Origin: Octopus sinensis
Taxonomy: Eukaryota
Reading direction: 5' to 3'
Assembly: GCF_006345805.1 (NCBI RefSeq)
Contig: NC_043004.1
Span: 85,808,001-85,872,000 of the forward strand
Length of the DNA stretch: 64,000 nucleotides
The notes under the pieces are model-generated. The model made no database searches. It had not been told where the DNA came from and worked only from the letters and a program-made list of their open reading frames with translations. Positions 14,594 through 27,680 of the stretch are shown in pieces. The translations under genes and the position numbers were made by a program. Each line of letters opens with the position of its first letter. Positions within the stretch are counted from its first letter, which is position 1.

Positions 14594-14793
14594 ATATTAT
14601 ACAGATAATACATATATATACATATACTTAATCGCACACACACAATATCTCTACATATATATACATATATATATATATATACATAAATACACACACATAC
14701 ATACACCCACACTCACACACGCATATATATATGTATGCATATATTATGTATATATATATACATTTATATACATATATATATATAAATATATAC

Positions 14794-14832
<39 letters not shown>

Positions 14833-14988
14833 TAGAATTATATACATATATAGATATACATATATATATACATACATAGATAAATATATATGTTATATAT
14901 ATACATACATATATATATATATATCATATATATTATATATATATATATATAGTGGTGTGTGTGTATGTATATATATATGTATGTATAT

Positions 14989-15040
<52 letters not shown>

Positions 15041-15425
15041 ATAATATATATATATATATATTGGACGGAAGATAAGCAGAAATAGCTTCAATGCGTATAT
15101 TTGCTTGAAACACAAAATACAGTGTCAGGAATAAAGAATACAAAATCAGTGAAAGAAATTATGTAAAAGCCTCCTAGTCTATAAGATGGATTATTAAATA
15201 AGCCCTTTCGTTCATTTTGTATATGTTATTCTGTCCTCTGCATTTTAAATGGCATGCAAATATACGCATTAAGGATGGGTTTATCCTACCTTTACCTTTT
15301 CTATAAGCTCAACGGGGAATGTTCTTAAAACCAAAATTCTGCACTGGAGGAACCTGCCTACTAATCCGTGGTTGTTTATGCCACACTTCCTTTGCGTTTT
15401 CCAATAATATATATATATAATATAT

Positions 15426-15467
<42 letters not shown>

Positions 15468-15479
15468 TATATATTATAT

Positions 15480-15509
<30 letters not shown>

Positions 15510-15510
<1 letters not shown>

Positions 15511-16147
15511 TGGGTTGACTGGAAAGTTCGTGCCGATTTTTGAAGGAAATATAAAGGTCAATGAATACTTGCCATCACATTTTTAATCAACCAAATATGA
15601 ACCATTTGTTGCACAATGCGTTTTGAAAATACCCTTTTCCCAGAATTGAGGTGGTTTCATGGCAAATAATTCATCAAGGTATATTTTTACGTTATCCAAG
15701 GAATTGAAATTTTTACCATTAAGACTATTCTGCAGAGACCTGAACAAGTGAAAATCCGATGGAGCAATACCTGGAGGAATATGGAGGGTGGGGTAGCACA
15801 TTCTAGCCAAGCTGCAGCAATTTTTGTCTGGTTCCAAAAGAAGCGTGCGATCTTGCATTATCATGTTCGAAAGCAATACCTTTCCTGTTGGCCAATTCTG
15901 GACGTTTCTCTTGAATTGCAGCTTTTTAAATCATCGCCTATCACAATTTGCTTTAAATTAGGTGCGTTTTCATTTCGATGATAAAGCGAATCACAGATGG
16001 AAATGCGATCCAAAAGATTCTTCTCACTCAACTCATGTGGTACCCAAACATCGTAGCGATTTGTGTACCCAAGCTTTACCAAGTGCTCATGAAGGACGGA
16101 TTTTGATATGTTGAGGCTTTCCGCCAATTCTCGGGATGTGCGATATG
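15510..16147 (-). mobile_element. Decayed mariner transposon, 5'-truncated and internally deleted
   Basis: TIR-like end tattgggttgactggaaagttcgtgccgatttt. HTH region RTSRELAESLNISKSVLHEHL...WVPHELSEKN, IVIGDD, and frameshifted HDNAR/PHPPYS/APSDFHLFRSLQNSL. Confidence 0.88.
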
Positions 16148-17109
16148 GTGGTGGTGGTGGTGGTGGTGGTGGTGTGGAGCTACAAGCCACAATCTGACCG
16201 TTTCAGTCTTAAAACTTTTAAAAGCAAAAAGAGTTTATAACCAATTCTTTCTCCAGTTCTTTTCTTGTGGTTGAGAAAGAATTGTGCCACGAGACACAGT
16301 AAATCATAAATAAACGTAACACAATTAACAACAGTGTGTGGTGCCCAATGAATGCTTCGTGTGCTGTGAGTTCGATAAAAGATTACATATTTGCCGATTG
16401 ATTTTAATTTAGATGCTATTCATGAAACAATCCAGTGGAAAACATCTTAGCCTGCTAAAAGCGAGGAAATATACGGGTTTGTCACAATCATTCATCCTTT
16501 TTTGTATCTTCAATGTTGTGGTGTAGAGTTTGAGGAACATTTGGCTGCTATGTCTTGCAGGTTGAGGGACAACGTAAAGGTTTTGTCTTCGTTGTGTGTG
16601 TTGTTTACATAGAAACAAGCAGTTGCGGCTTCCGGTATATCCTGCAATGAAAGCTTCCGATTGGCTAAAACTACATAGTTTTAAATGCTAGTATCTTCTT
16701 TTGGATCTTTTTCAGTTTAACTGCCACTTTTCAGTTTCTTCAATTTTGTTCCAATTTATTTAAATTTGGTGTATTGATGTAGTTTTGCTTGATAATCATT
16801 GCCATGAAATTCATTTTCGCCATAAATCAATGAATAAACCGTTAATAGCTTTCAATGTTTGCAAATTTAGGTAGTTTCAGCCAATCGAAAGCCACAGCCA
16901 TATAGGTACTTGTTTCCATAGTAACAGGGCAAGCGTTGGAACTCTTGTTTACGAAAGACGACGTGTGTTTACAAACTGATATTTTATGCTGTTTTCTTGT
17001 TTTGTACCCATCCGTTGCTGTTTTTATATATTTTACGTTGCATTTTTGATACCCACCTCTTGAATCCTTAAAACTACAAGATGTGTTATTTATTTATTTT
17101 CATTAAATA

Positions 17110-17513
17110 GGCGCACGAGTGGCTGTGTGGTAAGTAGCTTGCTTATCAACCACATGGTTCCGGGTTCATTCCCACTGCGTGGCACCTTGGGCAAGTGTCT
17201 TCTACTATAGCCTCGGGCCAACCAAAGCCTTGTGAGTGGATTTGGTAGAGGGAAACTGAAAGAAGACCGTCGTATGTATATATATATGTGTATGTGTGTG
17301 TATGTTTGTGTGTCTGTTTGTCCCCCCAACATCGCTTGACAACCGATGGTGGTGTGTTTATGTCCCCGTTACCTTACCGGTTCGGCAAAAGAGGCCGATA
17401 GAATAAGTAATAGGCTTCCAAAAAATAAATCCTGGGGTCGAATTGCTCGACTAAAGGCGGTGCTCCAACATGACCGCAGTCAAATGACTGAAACAAGTAA
17501 ATGAGTAAAAGAG
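17110..17513 (+). mobile_element. tRNA-derived SINE family A, full copy
   Basis: Head gagtggctgtgtggtaag...ggttcattccc; body gcaccttgggcaagtgtcttctactatagc...ggaaactgaaagaag; internal microsatellite; tail ggcggtgctccaacatgaccgcagtcaaatgactgaaacaagtaa. Confidence 0.9.
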
Positions 17514-17971
17514 CATCAAATGCATATTGAATGCTTAGAACTACAAATATGTGTTGTTTGTTAGTTGTTTTGGTTATTTTTCGCTTGCTAATTGCTTAAA
17601 ACGTGGTATTGTACATTGACCTTATTGTTTTGTCGTCTTAACATTGCAGTCAAACACAAAACAACAGCTTCCAAATACTTTTTTTTTATGACTTGGTCAG
17701 AAGGATCAAAATTTAAACTTCTGTAACATTATTCTGGAACAAGTGAATTAGACGCTGAGATTCAACATGACAAATTACATCAATACACCAAATTTGAACA
17801 TTTTCGCTTAGTTTTAAAATTTAAAACATTGCAGCCAACCAGAAAATTCCCTTCTTTGTTATTAATTTCTAGAAAAAAAAATCAATGCTAATTTCGTCAT
17901 TAGAATTGCATATTTTTTTTTTCGTTTTGTAAATAATCTGATAAAAATTTCAAAAATCTTTAAATAGTTGA

Positions 17972-18135
17972 AGCGCAGGAGTGGCTGTGTGGTAAGTAGC
18001 TTGCTTAAAAACGACATGGTTCCGGGTTCAGTCCCACTGCGTGGCACCTTGGGCAAGTATCTTCTACTGTAGCCTCGGGCCGACCAAAGCTTTGTAAGTG
18101 GATTTGGTAGACGGAAACTGAAAGAAGCCCGTCGC

Positions 18136-18171
<36 letters not shown>

Positions 18172-18325
18172 GTATGTGCTATATGTTTGCGCGTCTGTGT
18201 TTGTCCCCACAACATCGCTTGAAAACCGATGGTGGTGTGTCTACGTCCCCGTAACTTAGCGGTTCGGTAAAAGATACCGATAGAATAAGTACTAGGCTTC
18301 TAAAAGAATATGTTCTGGGGCCGAT
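17972..18325 (+). mobile_element. SINE family A, 3'-truncated
   Basis: Same head and body as 17110-17513. Confidence 0.88.
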
Positions 18326-18737
18326 TATTATCCGGTTAATTATTTTTACTAGAAATAGCAGACAAATTTCCAGCAAACCACATCGCATTGTTTGAAAGAA
18401 GGATGTAGTTCTAGATAATAATAATAACCTTTAAAATAATAATCTTTAAAGTAATAACCTTTAAATGATCTTTAAATAACCTTTAAAAATCAAAATTGTC
18501 ACAGTTGGAGAAATTATTTGCTCCCAAGTTTTCTTGATCAGGGTTGACTCAAGCCTAAACTATAGTATCAAAGGAATGAAGAAACCTGTAGGAGGATGCA
18601 CCCATTGGTAGAAATAGCAGTTAGATCCTGTTCAAATCATACCTAAATAATCTTCAAGAAGGAAGAGCACAGAAGGTAATGTAGGGCAATGTAAATAGAT
18701 GGTCGTGGCACCAAATAACCCTTTCTATTCTGACTCT

Positions 18738-19021
18738 ACAGGGACGTTAACACACCAGCATCGGTTGTCAAGAGATGTTGGGAGACAAACACAGAAACAC
18801 AAACACACATACACACACACACATACATACATATATATAAATATATATGCATATATACGACGGGCTTCTTTCAGTTTCCGTCCACCAAATCCACTCACAA
18901 GGCTTTGGTCAGCCCGAAGCTATAGTAGAAGACACTTGCCCAAGGTGTCATGCAGTGGGACGGAACCCGGAACCATGTGGTTGGGAAGCAAGCTACTTAC
19001 CACAAAGCCATTCATGCGCCT
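18738..19021 (-). mobile_element. SINE family A, inverted copy
   Basis: Reverse complement of the head and body of 17110-17513. Confidence 0.88.
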
Positions 19022-19319
19022 ATATTAGCACAAGGTTTGAACTCTGTGGGGAGGATTTAGTCGATTACGTTCACCCCAGTACTAGCCGGTGCTTATTTTA
19101 TCGATTCCGAGAGGTGAACGGCAAGGTCGACCGCGTTCTGAATTTGAACTCACAACGTAAAGTGTCGGAAGAAATACTGCCAAGCGTTTATTCGGACTTT
19201 GTAACAAATATGTCTGTTCTCAGCATTTTGGGCTCGAAATAATGTCTTTGATTATGGACTTTGCTCGATCATGGTTGACCTGGGGCTAAACAATAAGAGC
19301 AACAGTAGCTATTACAACT

Positions 19320-19903
19320 CCTACAACAACAACAACAACAACAACAAATAATAATAATAATAATAATAATAATAATTGTCGCTAATATAGCTTCCCTTCT
19401 CATTCGTTCTCTTTCATCCTCCTTCCACTACCACTACTACTACTACTAATGCTGCTGCCGCTAATTTAGTTGCCCTCCTTCATTCGTTCTTTTCCCTCCT
19501 CCTCCTCCTTTGACTACTACTACTGCCACTACTACTGCTACTACCTCACTTGCACAACTTCGCTGATGCTGCTGCTACTCCATCTAACGGCTCTCCCCAG
19601 CACCCCAAACTTCAGCACTACCACCACCAATACCACCACCACAACTACAATTACCACTACTGCTGCTGCTGCTACTGGTGGATCCGATGTTGGTCATGCT
19701 GTTGCAGCAACATCTAATACAAACTGTTAGTACTACCACTATACTTATTTGCCGCTACTACCACTCATACTACTACTGCTGCTACTTTTACTACTACTTC
19801 TACTACTACTACTACTACTGTTGCTGCTACTACTACTACTACTACTACTACCTTTACTACTACTACTACTATACTACTACTACTGCTGCTGCTACTACTA
19901 CTA

Positions 19904-19978
<75 letters not shown>

Positions 19979-20233
19979 TTGATGCTACTATTACTACCCT
20001 GAAGCTAATACAGGTACTACTACTACGACTACTACTACTACTACTACTACTACAATACTACCGCCGTTGTTGCTAATAATACAACTCTCCCGGTTCTCTA
20101 CTCTAATCCCGGCTTTTGCAACTCCTACCACAACCACCAACTCCATCGCCGCCAGAAGAACCCCTGATAATACTATTGTTGCTGCTATTAAAACAATTGT
20201 TACTATTCATACTACTACTACTACTACTATTGC

Positions 20234-20274
<41 letters not shown>

Positions 20275-20527
20275 CTCCCACCTTTTTTTATCTCCCTTTA
20301 TTCTTTTAAGCCCTCACGCAGTTTCTGCATCCTCTACTACGATTACTACTACTACTACTACTACTACTACAACTACTACTACTACTGTTGCTATTATTAT
20401 ATTATTATTATTTATTATTATTATTATTATTATTCCTCTCACCCTTTTTATCTCCCTTTATCTTTTAACCCCTCACGCACTTTCTGCATCCTTTATATAC
20501 TACTACTACTACTACTACTACTACTAT

Positions 20528-20567
<40 letters not shown>

Positions 20568-20612
20568 GTTGCTATTATTATATTATTATTATTTATTATT
20601 ATATTTTTTTTA

Positions 20613-20659
<47 letters not shown>

Positions 20660-20800
20660 CTCTCACCCTTTTTATCTCCCTTTATCTTTTAACCCCTCAC
20701 GCACTTTCTGCTTCCTCTACTACTATTACTACTACTACTACTACCACAACTACCACCACCAATACTAATCCCTCCTACCTACTACTCCTTCTGCTGCTGC
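19320..20800. repeat. Trinucleotide mosaic (AAC/AAT/CTA/GCT/ATT)
   Basis: Seen directly; source of several homopolymer ORFs. Confidence 0.95.
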
Positions 20801-21150
20801 TGCTGCTTCAGTGGCTGTTCATCTGCAAGAGGATCCTCTCGTCATCTGTCGTACTTTGTCAACCAAGTTTACACAAGACATCAGGAAACCATCTCTTCGG
20901 TTAACGGCTTTCGCTCGCACCTGCACAGGCAGCCGACACCTGCTCGCTACCCGTCCCCCACCCTGTCACCAAGAATGTCAGCCAACAACAGCATGCATCG
21001 ACCACCTGTCCTCTCTCACTGTCCACCACTGCCGTCGCCATTATCTCCAATAAGCCCGCCATGGCATATAAAACTAACGCGCGCGCACACATCTGTGTGT
21101 GAGAGATAGCATCTGTATGAACGTGCTTGTTTTATGAGTATGTAGTCATG

Positions 21151-21186
<36 letters not shown>

Positions 21187-21399
21187 GTATATATAATAAT
21201 ATATATATGTATATATATATGCATACATTTATATACATATAATCATATATATATATATGTATGTATATATATATATATATATATACACGTATGTATATGC
21301 ATACATATTAATACATATATTCATATATATATGTATGTATATAAATGTGTGTATATATATGTGTGTGTGCATATATATGTATGTGTGTGTATGTATATA

Positions 21400-21439
<40 letters not shown>

Positions 21440-21538
21440 TAGATAGATAGATAGATAGATATAGATATAGATACACACACACATATATATATATATATAA
21501 TATATATTATATGTGTGTGTGTGTGTGTATCTTATATA

Positions 21539-21589
<51 letters not shown>

Positions 21590-21948
21590 ATATATTATAT
21601 ATATATAGATATATAGATATATACATACATACACACACATACATATATATATGCACACACACATATATATACACACATTTATATACATGCAATATATATA
21701 TATGAATATATGTATATAAATATGTATGCATATACATACGTGTATATATATATATTATATACATACATATATATATATGATTATATGTATATAAATATGT
21801 ATGCATATATATATACATATATATATACATATATATATATTATATATATAATATATATATATATTATATATATATATCTATATATATATGCACTTATAAA
21901 TATATGGATGTATGTAATTATTTATGCAGGCCTTCACCCACATACGTA

Positions 21949-21983
<35 letters not shown>

Positions 21984-22462
21984 GTGAGTGTGTGTGTGTG
22001 TGTGTGTGTGTTTGTGTGTGCATGTGTGTGTGTTTGTGTGTGCATGTGTGTGTGTTTGTGTGTGCATGTGTGTGTGTGTGGTATAGTCTGACGATGACGA
22101 GTAAGTAGGAATTTCGAAATTACTCTCAACCATTTGCTTGTAATAATAATATAATATATTTATTGCTGTTAGAATCTTTATTGCAAATGATGAAACATTT
22201 AGCGGTATTACTTCAGCATCTTTCACGATTGAGTTAGATTCCCGCCGAGGTTAAATCCCTGTCTGTCTTTGTTTCGGGGTCGATAAAATAAAGTTCCAAT
22301 TATACATTGGTATGGATGTAATCGACTAGCTCCCCCCACCCACGAAGTTATACAAAAATTTGCAGCAAATATATGTATGTATGTGTGTAAATATATATAC
22401 ACACATATAGGCAAATAATATATATATACATACATACATACATTACAGACAGACGAGCACAA

Positions 22463-22535
<73 letters not shown>

Positions 22536-22659
22536 TGTACGTATATATATACATATATATATACATATATGTACGATATATATACATATAATGGCGGTGC
22601 CCCAGCATGGCCACAGCTCATTAGCTGAAAGTGGAAAAATCAAAATCAAAAGCAAAATA

Positions 22660-22732
<73 letters not shown>

Positions 22733-23005
22733 CGCTCGATCATTTTTATAGCATTTTTCCGATGGCCTGATAACTGAAGTGATTATGGCGTGGATTTCCA
22801 CCTCGGCATCCAAAACTCGGAGTTTTATCATGGCTACCGAATAATAGTCACATATCACATTTATATATATATATATATATATATAGAAACAAAGAGATCG
22901 ATACAATAAGTAATAGTCTTTAGAATAAAATGATAAGTACTGTGCTCAATTCCTTCGACAAAAATCTCTTCAAGGATTTGCCCCAGTATGGCCGTAATCA
23001 TGAAA

Positions 23006-23425
23006 CATGTAGGCTCAGGTGTAGCCGTGTGGTAAGAAGCTTGCTTTGCAACCACATTGTTCTGGATTCAGTCCCACTGCGTGGTACCTTGGGCAAGTGT
23101 TTTCTATTATAGCATCGACCAAAGCCTTGTGAATGGATTTGGTAGACAGAAACTGAATAGAATCCCATCGCGTGTGTGTGTTTATGTGCCTGTGTGTGTG
23201 TGCGCGTGTGTGTGCGTATGTGTTTGTATCTGTGCGTGTGTGTATGTGTGTGTCCGACCATCGTTTGGCAACCGATGCTGGTGTATTTACGATCCCGTAA
23301 CCTAGCGTTTCGACAATAAATATCGATAAAATTATCAGGCTTACGGAGAATAAGTTCTGGGGTCGATTTCTTGAACACAAGCATGGCCGCAGTCAAATGG
23401 CTGAAACAAGTAAAAGAAAGGAAGA
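23006..23425 (+). mobile_element. SINE family A, full copy
   Basis: Same head, body and tail with internal (TG)n. Confidence 0.88.
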
Positions 23426-23453
23426 ATAAAACGATATATGTGTGTGTCTGTAT

Positions 23454-23509
<56 letters not shown>

Positions 23510-23512
23510 ATT

Positions 23513-23747
23513 CAGCGTGACGCAAAAGTGGGTTTACAGTTATTCAGCTATCTCTTTCGCATTCATATACTAACAATTTAGATCTTAATTATAAAAAAAT
23601 ATGAAACCATTAATCTATGCTAATTAAGTTAATTTTGTCAAGCGCCCTTTTCAGGTTGTAAGGTAGAAATTTAAATGTAATAAAGTGATTTAAAAAAAAT
23701 TTAAAGTGTCTACGTGATAAATGTAAACCTACTTTTGGGCCACCCTG
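23513..23747 (+). mobile_element. Tc1/mariner-type MITE, copy 1
   Basis: About 235 bp; right TIR tgtaaacctacttttgggccaccctg-TA, degenerate left TIR cagcgtgacgcaaaagtgggtttacagtt. Confidence 0.8.
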
Positions 23748-23768
23748 TATATATATATATATATGAGT

Positions 23769-23834
<66 letters not shown>

Positions 23835-23843
23835 ATCTGTATA

Positions 23844-24082
23844 CGGTGAGGCCCAAAAGTAGGTTTACAGTTATTCAACTATTTTTTTTTTGCTTTCATA
23901 TACTAACAATTTAGATCTTAATTATAAAAAAATATAAAACCATTAATCTATGGTAATTTAGTTAATTTTGTCAAGCGCCCTTTTCAGGTTGTAAGGTAGA
24001 AATTTAAATGTAATAAAGTGATTTAAAAGAAATTTAAAGTGTCTACGTGTGATAACTGTAAACCTTCTTTTGGGCCACCCTG
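23844..24082 (+). mobile_element. Tc1/mariner-type MITE, copy 2 (tandem with copy 1 across a (TG)n tract)
   Basis: TA-cggtgaggcccaaaagtaggtttacagtt ... aactgtaaaccttcttttgggccaccctg-TA; interior nearly identical to copy 1. Confidence 0.82.
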
Positions 24083-24559
24083 TATATCACTGCCTATGAT
24101 ATACTTAATAAACGCATGCACGCACAACAATGAACAGAGTTCACACTGGCAATGAATGTAAATTGATTCGTTTATGCAAATAGTCACCGTACACAACATT
24201 ACAATACTGTTTTGTTATATGTGCAGTATGTGGCCATTTATATTTGCATATACCCATTGTGTGTGTGCTTTTGTATGCGCATCTTGCATTTAAAGGGGTC
24301 ACACGCATGGGGGTTTCAAGAGATGTGATTTGATTTATACGCATTACAATTTAGCAACATGCAACTGTTTAACTAACTGCCGTATTTTATGTGTGTTGAG
24401 TACAAGTTTTGCTTGAGTGTGAGTTTGAGTGTAAGTCGTAAAGAGCGCAGACATTTTTTTTGCTGTTAAGATGGTTGTTGCTGCTGCTGCTGCTGCTGCT
24501 GCCGATGTTGATAATAATGAGAACGATGGTGTTAATAAATATGATGACGACGAAGATGG

Positions 24560-24591
<32 letters not shown>

Positions 24592-24628
24592 TTGATGATT
24601 ATGATGATGATGATGATGATGATGATGT

Positions 24629-24738
<110 letters not shown>

Positions 24739-24745
24739 GTAATTG

Positions 24746-24784
<39 letters not shown>

Positions 24785-25527
24785 GAATTATGATAATATC
24801 GACGTTTACAACGAGGACGAAAACAACGACGGCGGGGCAAAGGCGAAGTTGACGACGACATGGTGACGACAACGAACGCGATGGCGACGACGACGACGAT
24901 GATTATAATGAGGCTGATGTAGATGGCGATGACGAAGGGGTTAAGGGCAACAGCGAACGACGGCGATTATGATGATGATGATCATGATCCTGATCTTCAT
25001 CATCATCATCATCGTCATGGCGATATTATATTTGACACTGATTGAGCGGCTTTATGATTAATAGCATTCACGATTTCAAATCACTTTTTTTTTTATTTTT
25101 GCTCTATTCCCTTCCTGTTTACAAAACTATCGTTATCAGAATTTCATTATCCATCATGACATCTATTTTAAGAAAGTAGGGTGTGGTTTGAAAGGGATTT
25201 AGCTGCTATGTTTACCATGTAGAATAACCTCATATACGATGTAGAGAATCATTGGTTGGCTGGAGTGCAAAATACAATTAATTACAAGTTATGAAGTGTT
25301 TGGAGCTTTTATGTCTTTAGAGAGAGCGACAGTAGTAAGGAGTCTGAGTATTAACAAGGAGTAACTTGTAAGGGGAGCACAACTGATCGCTGAGTGTCTG
25401 AGACAAAGGACGGGCATAGATAGCATGCGTTTATGAACAAGAGTACGACAGATGGATATCTAGAATACAGCCACTAGCAGAGTGGATGTGGCCAATTGCA
25501 AATTTCTAGCATAACATAGAGGTATAG

Positions 25528-25608
25528 GCGTACTATAGCCTCGGGTCGACCAAAGCCTTGTGAATGGATTTGGTAGACGGAAACTGAAAGAAGCCCGTCG
25601 TATATATG

Positions 25609-25666
<58 letters not shown>

Positions 25667-25777
25667 CGAGTGGATAAGTACTAGGCGTACAAAGAATAAG
25701 TCCTGGGGTCGCTTTGCGTGACTAAAGGCGGTGCTCCAGCATGGCCACAGTCAAATGACTGAAACAAGTAAAAGAAT
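25528..25777 (+). mobile_element. SINE family A, partial
   Basis: ctatagcctcgggtcgaccaaagccttgtg...ggcggtgctccagcatggccacagtcaaatgactgaaacaagtaaaag. Confidence 0.85.
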
Positions 25778-26949
25778 ATTGCTAAGTCTCAATATACTTT
25801 AATTCGTTTATTAGCCTCTACCTTGCCATGTCTTAGTCACAGCATTCTTTCAGCAAGGCATTGCTATATACTATATTACACCATACTATTACAATAGTTT
25901 TTTTTTAATATATTCAAGTTATTATATTTTCTATACCTCAACCTTTTTCTAAACAATATCGTTGCTGCTGGCATATTGACTGACCACATGTACAGATATT
26001 AATATGACAGGGATGTTAGATATTGCAATTGTCATATCAATGCCTGCTGGGAGGAATAGCATAGACACGTGCACTAAGTGATAGCTGAGGAAGAAATTAG
26101 AGATGACAGATGTGATGAGTTAGATGATGAGAGGACGTTGACAAGGGATATTAAATGTCATATATGAAGTTGAAAAATGTGATGGCAGAGAATTGAAGAT
26201 GCAATGAGGTGAGCGTTGACAATAATAATAGTAGACAGGAGAATAAACCCGAATACAGGTGCGATGATGCTAAAGGCATCCGAAAGATACCAATCATAAA
26301 AGTGACGAAACATGCAATGACTGATATCAATCCATTATTTTTGTGATATGATTAATATATTGTGACAAGTGGTGTCAGTCATACTCTGATGGACGTTTAT
26401 GTGTCACGCTTAATGTGTCACAAGTTATGTGACGCGGAGATGTTATATGAGAGATGTAACAGACGTGATGTCATATGTGATATATAACACAGAGGATGAG
26501 ATTGATATGATGTGACCGATACGAGACAAATACTAGTAGAGAACAACGTGTATAATGTGATAGGCTAAGCTTGGCATAAACAATATCATATGACAAACAG
26601 ACGTGTCTAGCATGACGGGCCATATTTCTTGCGACAAATATTAAGTATCCTCTAGTACATTCTATCAAGCCATTTAAATGCGTCATTGGCTTCTTTTCCC
26701 AGGTCCATTGTTTCTCTGTTGAGCATCCTGATTGTGAAAAGTCTTTGTATTTTAATTTCTTTCCTCAAAATTTTATTCTCATGTATTCACTACTATCGTC
26801 TTGATTTCATCTCTTCTGTAACGTTCAGGCTTTTAAGCATTCTGTCAATCGATATCTTTGGAGTTTGTATGACTCTTCTTTTCCTTTTTGCAGTTCTAAC
26901 GTTACAGATGCCTCAGGCCTTGTTTGAGCAAAAAGAATAACAAAAAAAT

Positions 26950-27680
26950 CATGATGCATCGTTAAGCATATGACAGGTGTTTTAAGACAAATGCGTCGTG
27001 CTGAACCTGAAGAAGCAGACATCTTGTAGCAAACGTAATGTTTCAAGGTTTATGTTACAAGCGTTTTGCGTCAAACGGGATTTGCCAAGCGTTACGTGAC
27101 AGATATTTGTGACAAGCTTTATTATGTTTGATTGGTGTGAAGATGTCATACGACAAACGTCTCATGCCATGTTTGATGATCCAGATGTCTTGTAACAAAC
27201 TTAATGTGGCAAGCTTAATGAGAGACATGGTGCAATAGACATCTTGCGACAAGCTCGACGTCCTAAGCTTGATGTGATAGATGTCAAACGACAAACGTTT
27301 CTACGTCAAGCATGACAGGTCTCTAGTGATAAACGTGACGTGTCAAGCTTGAAGTGGCAAACATCTTGAGGCAATCGTTATGTGTCAGGATCGATAGATT
27401 GGATGTCTTACGATATGCGATAAACGTGATGTGCCAAGCTTGATGTGACAGACGTCTTACAACAAATGTCATGTGCCGAGTACGACAGGTCAGATGGCTA
27501 ATGACAAGCGTAACCTTCCAAACTAAATGTGGTAGATGTTTTGCGACAAATGTTATGTGCTAAACGCAATGTGTCAAACGTTATGTGCTAAACTTGACGT
27601 GGCAAGCGTCTTCCACAAACGATGTGTGAAATCATGAAATGATTGATGTGAATGCGATAAATGTTGTGACTAATGCAATG
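26950..27680. repeat. Degenerate 42-bp higher-order minisatellite built from 14-bp monomers
   Basis: GACAAAC-type anchors recur at 27247, 27289, 27418, 27460, 27502 and 27544 (42-bp steps). Weaker copies lie at 26390-26670. Confidence 0.75.

Noticed and set aside
20273-20717. CRISPR-like repeat-spacer appearance
   Set aside because: Spacers are microsatellites, the context is eukaryotic, and there are no cas genes.
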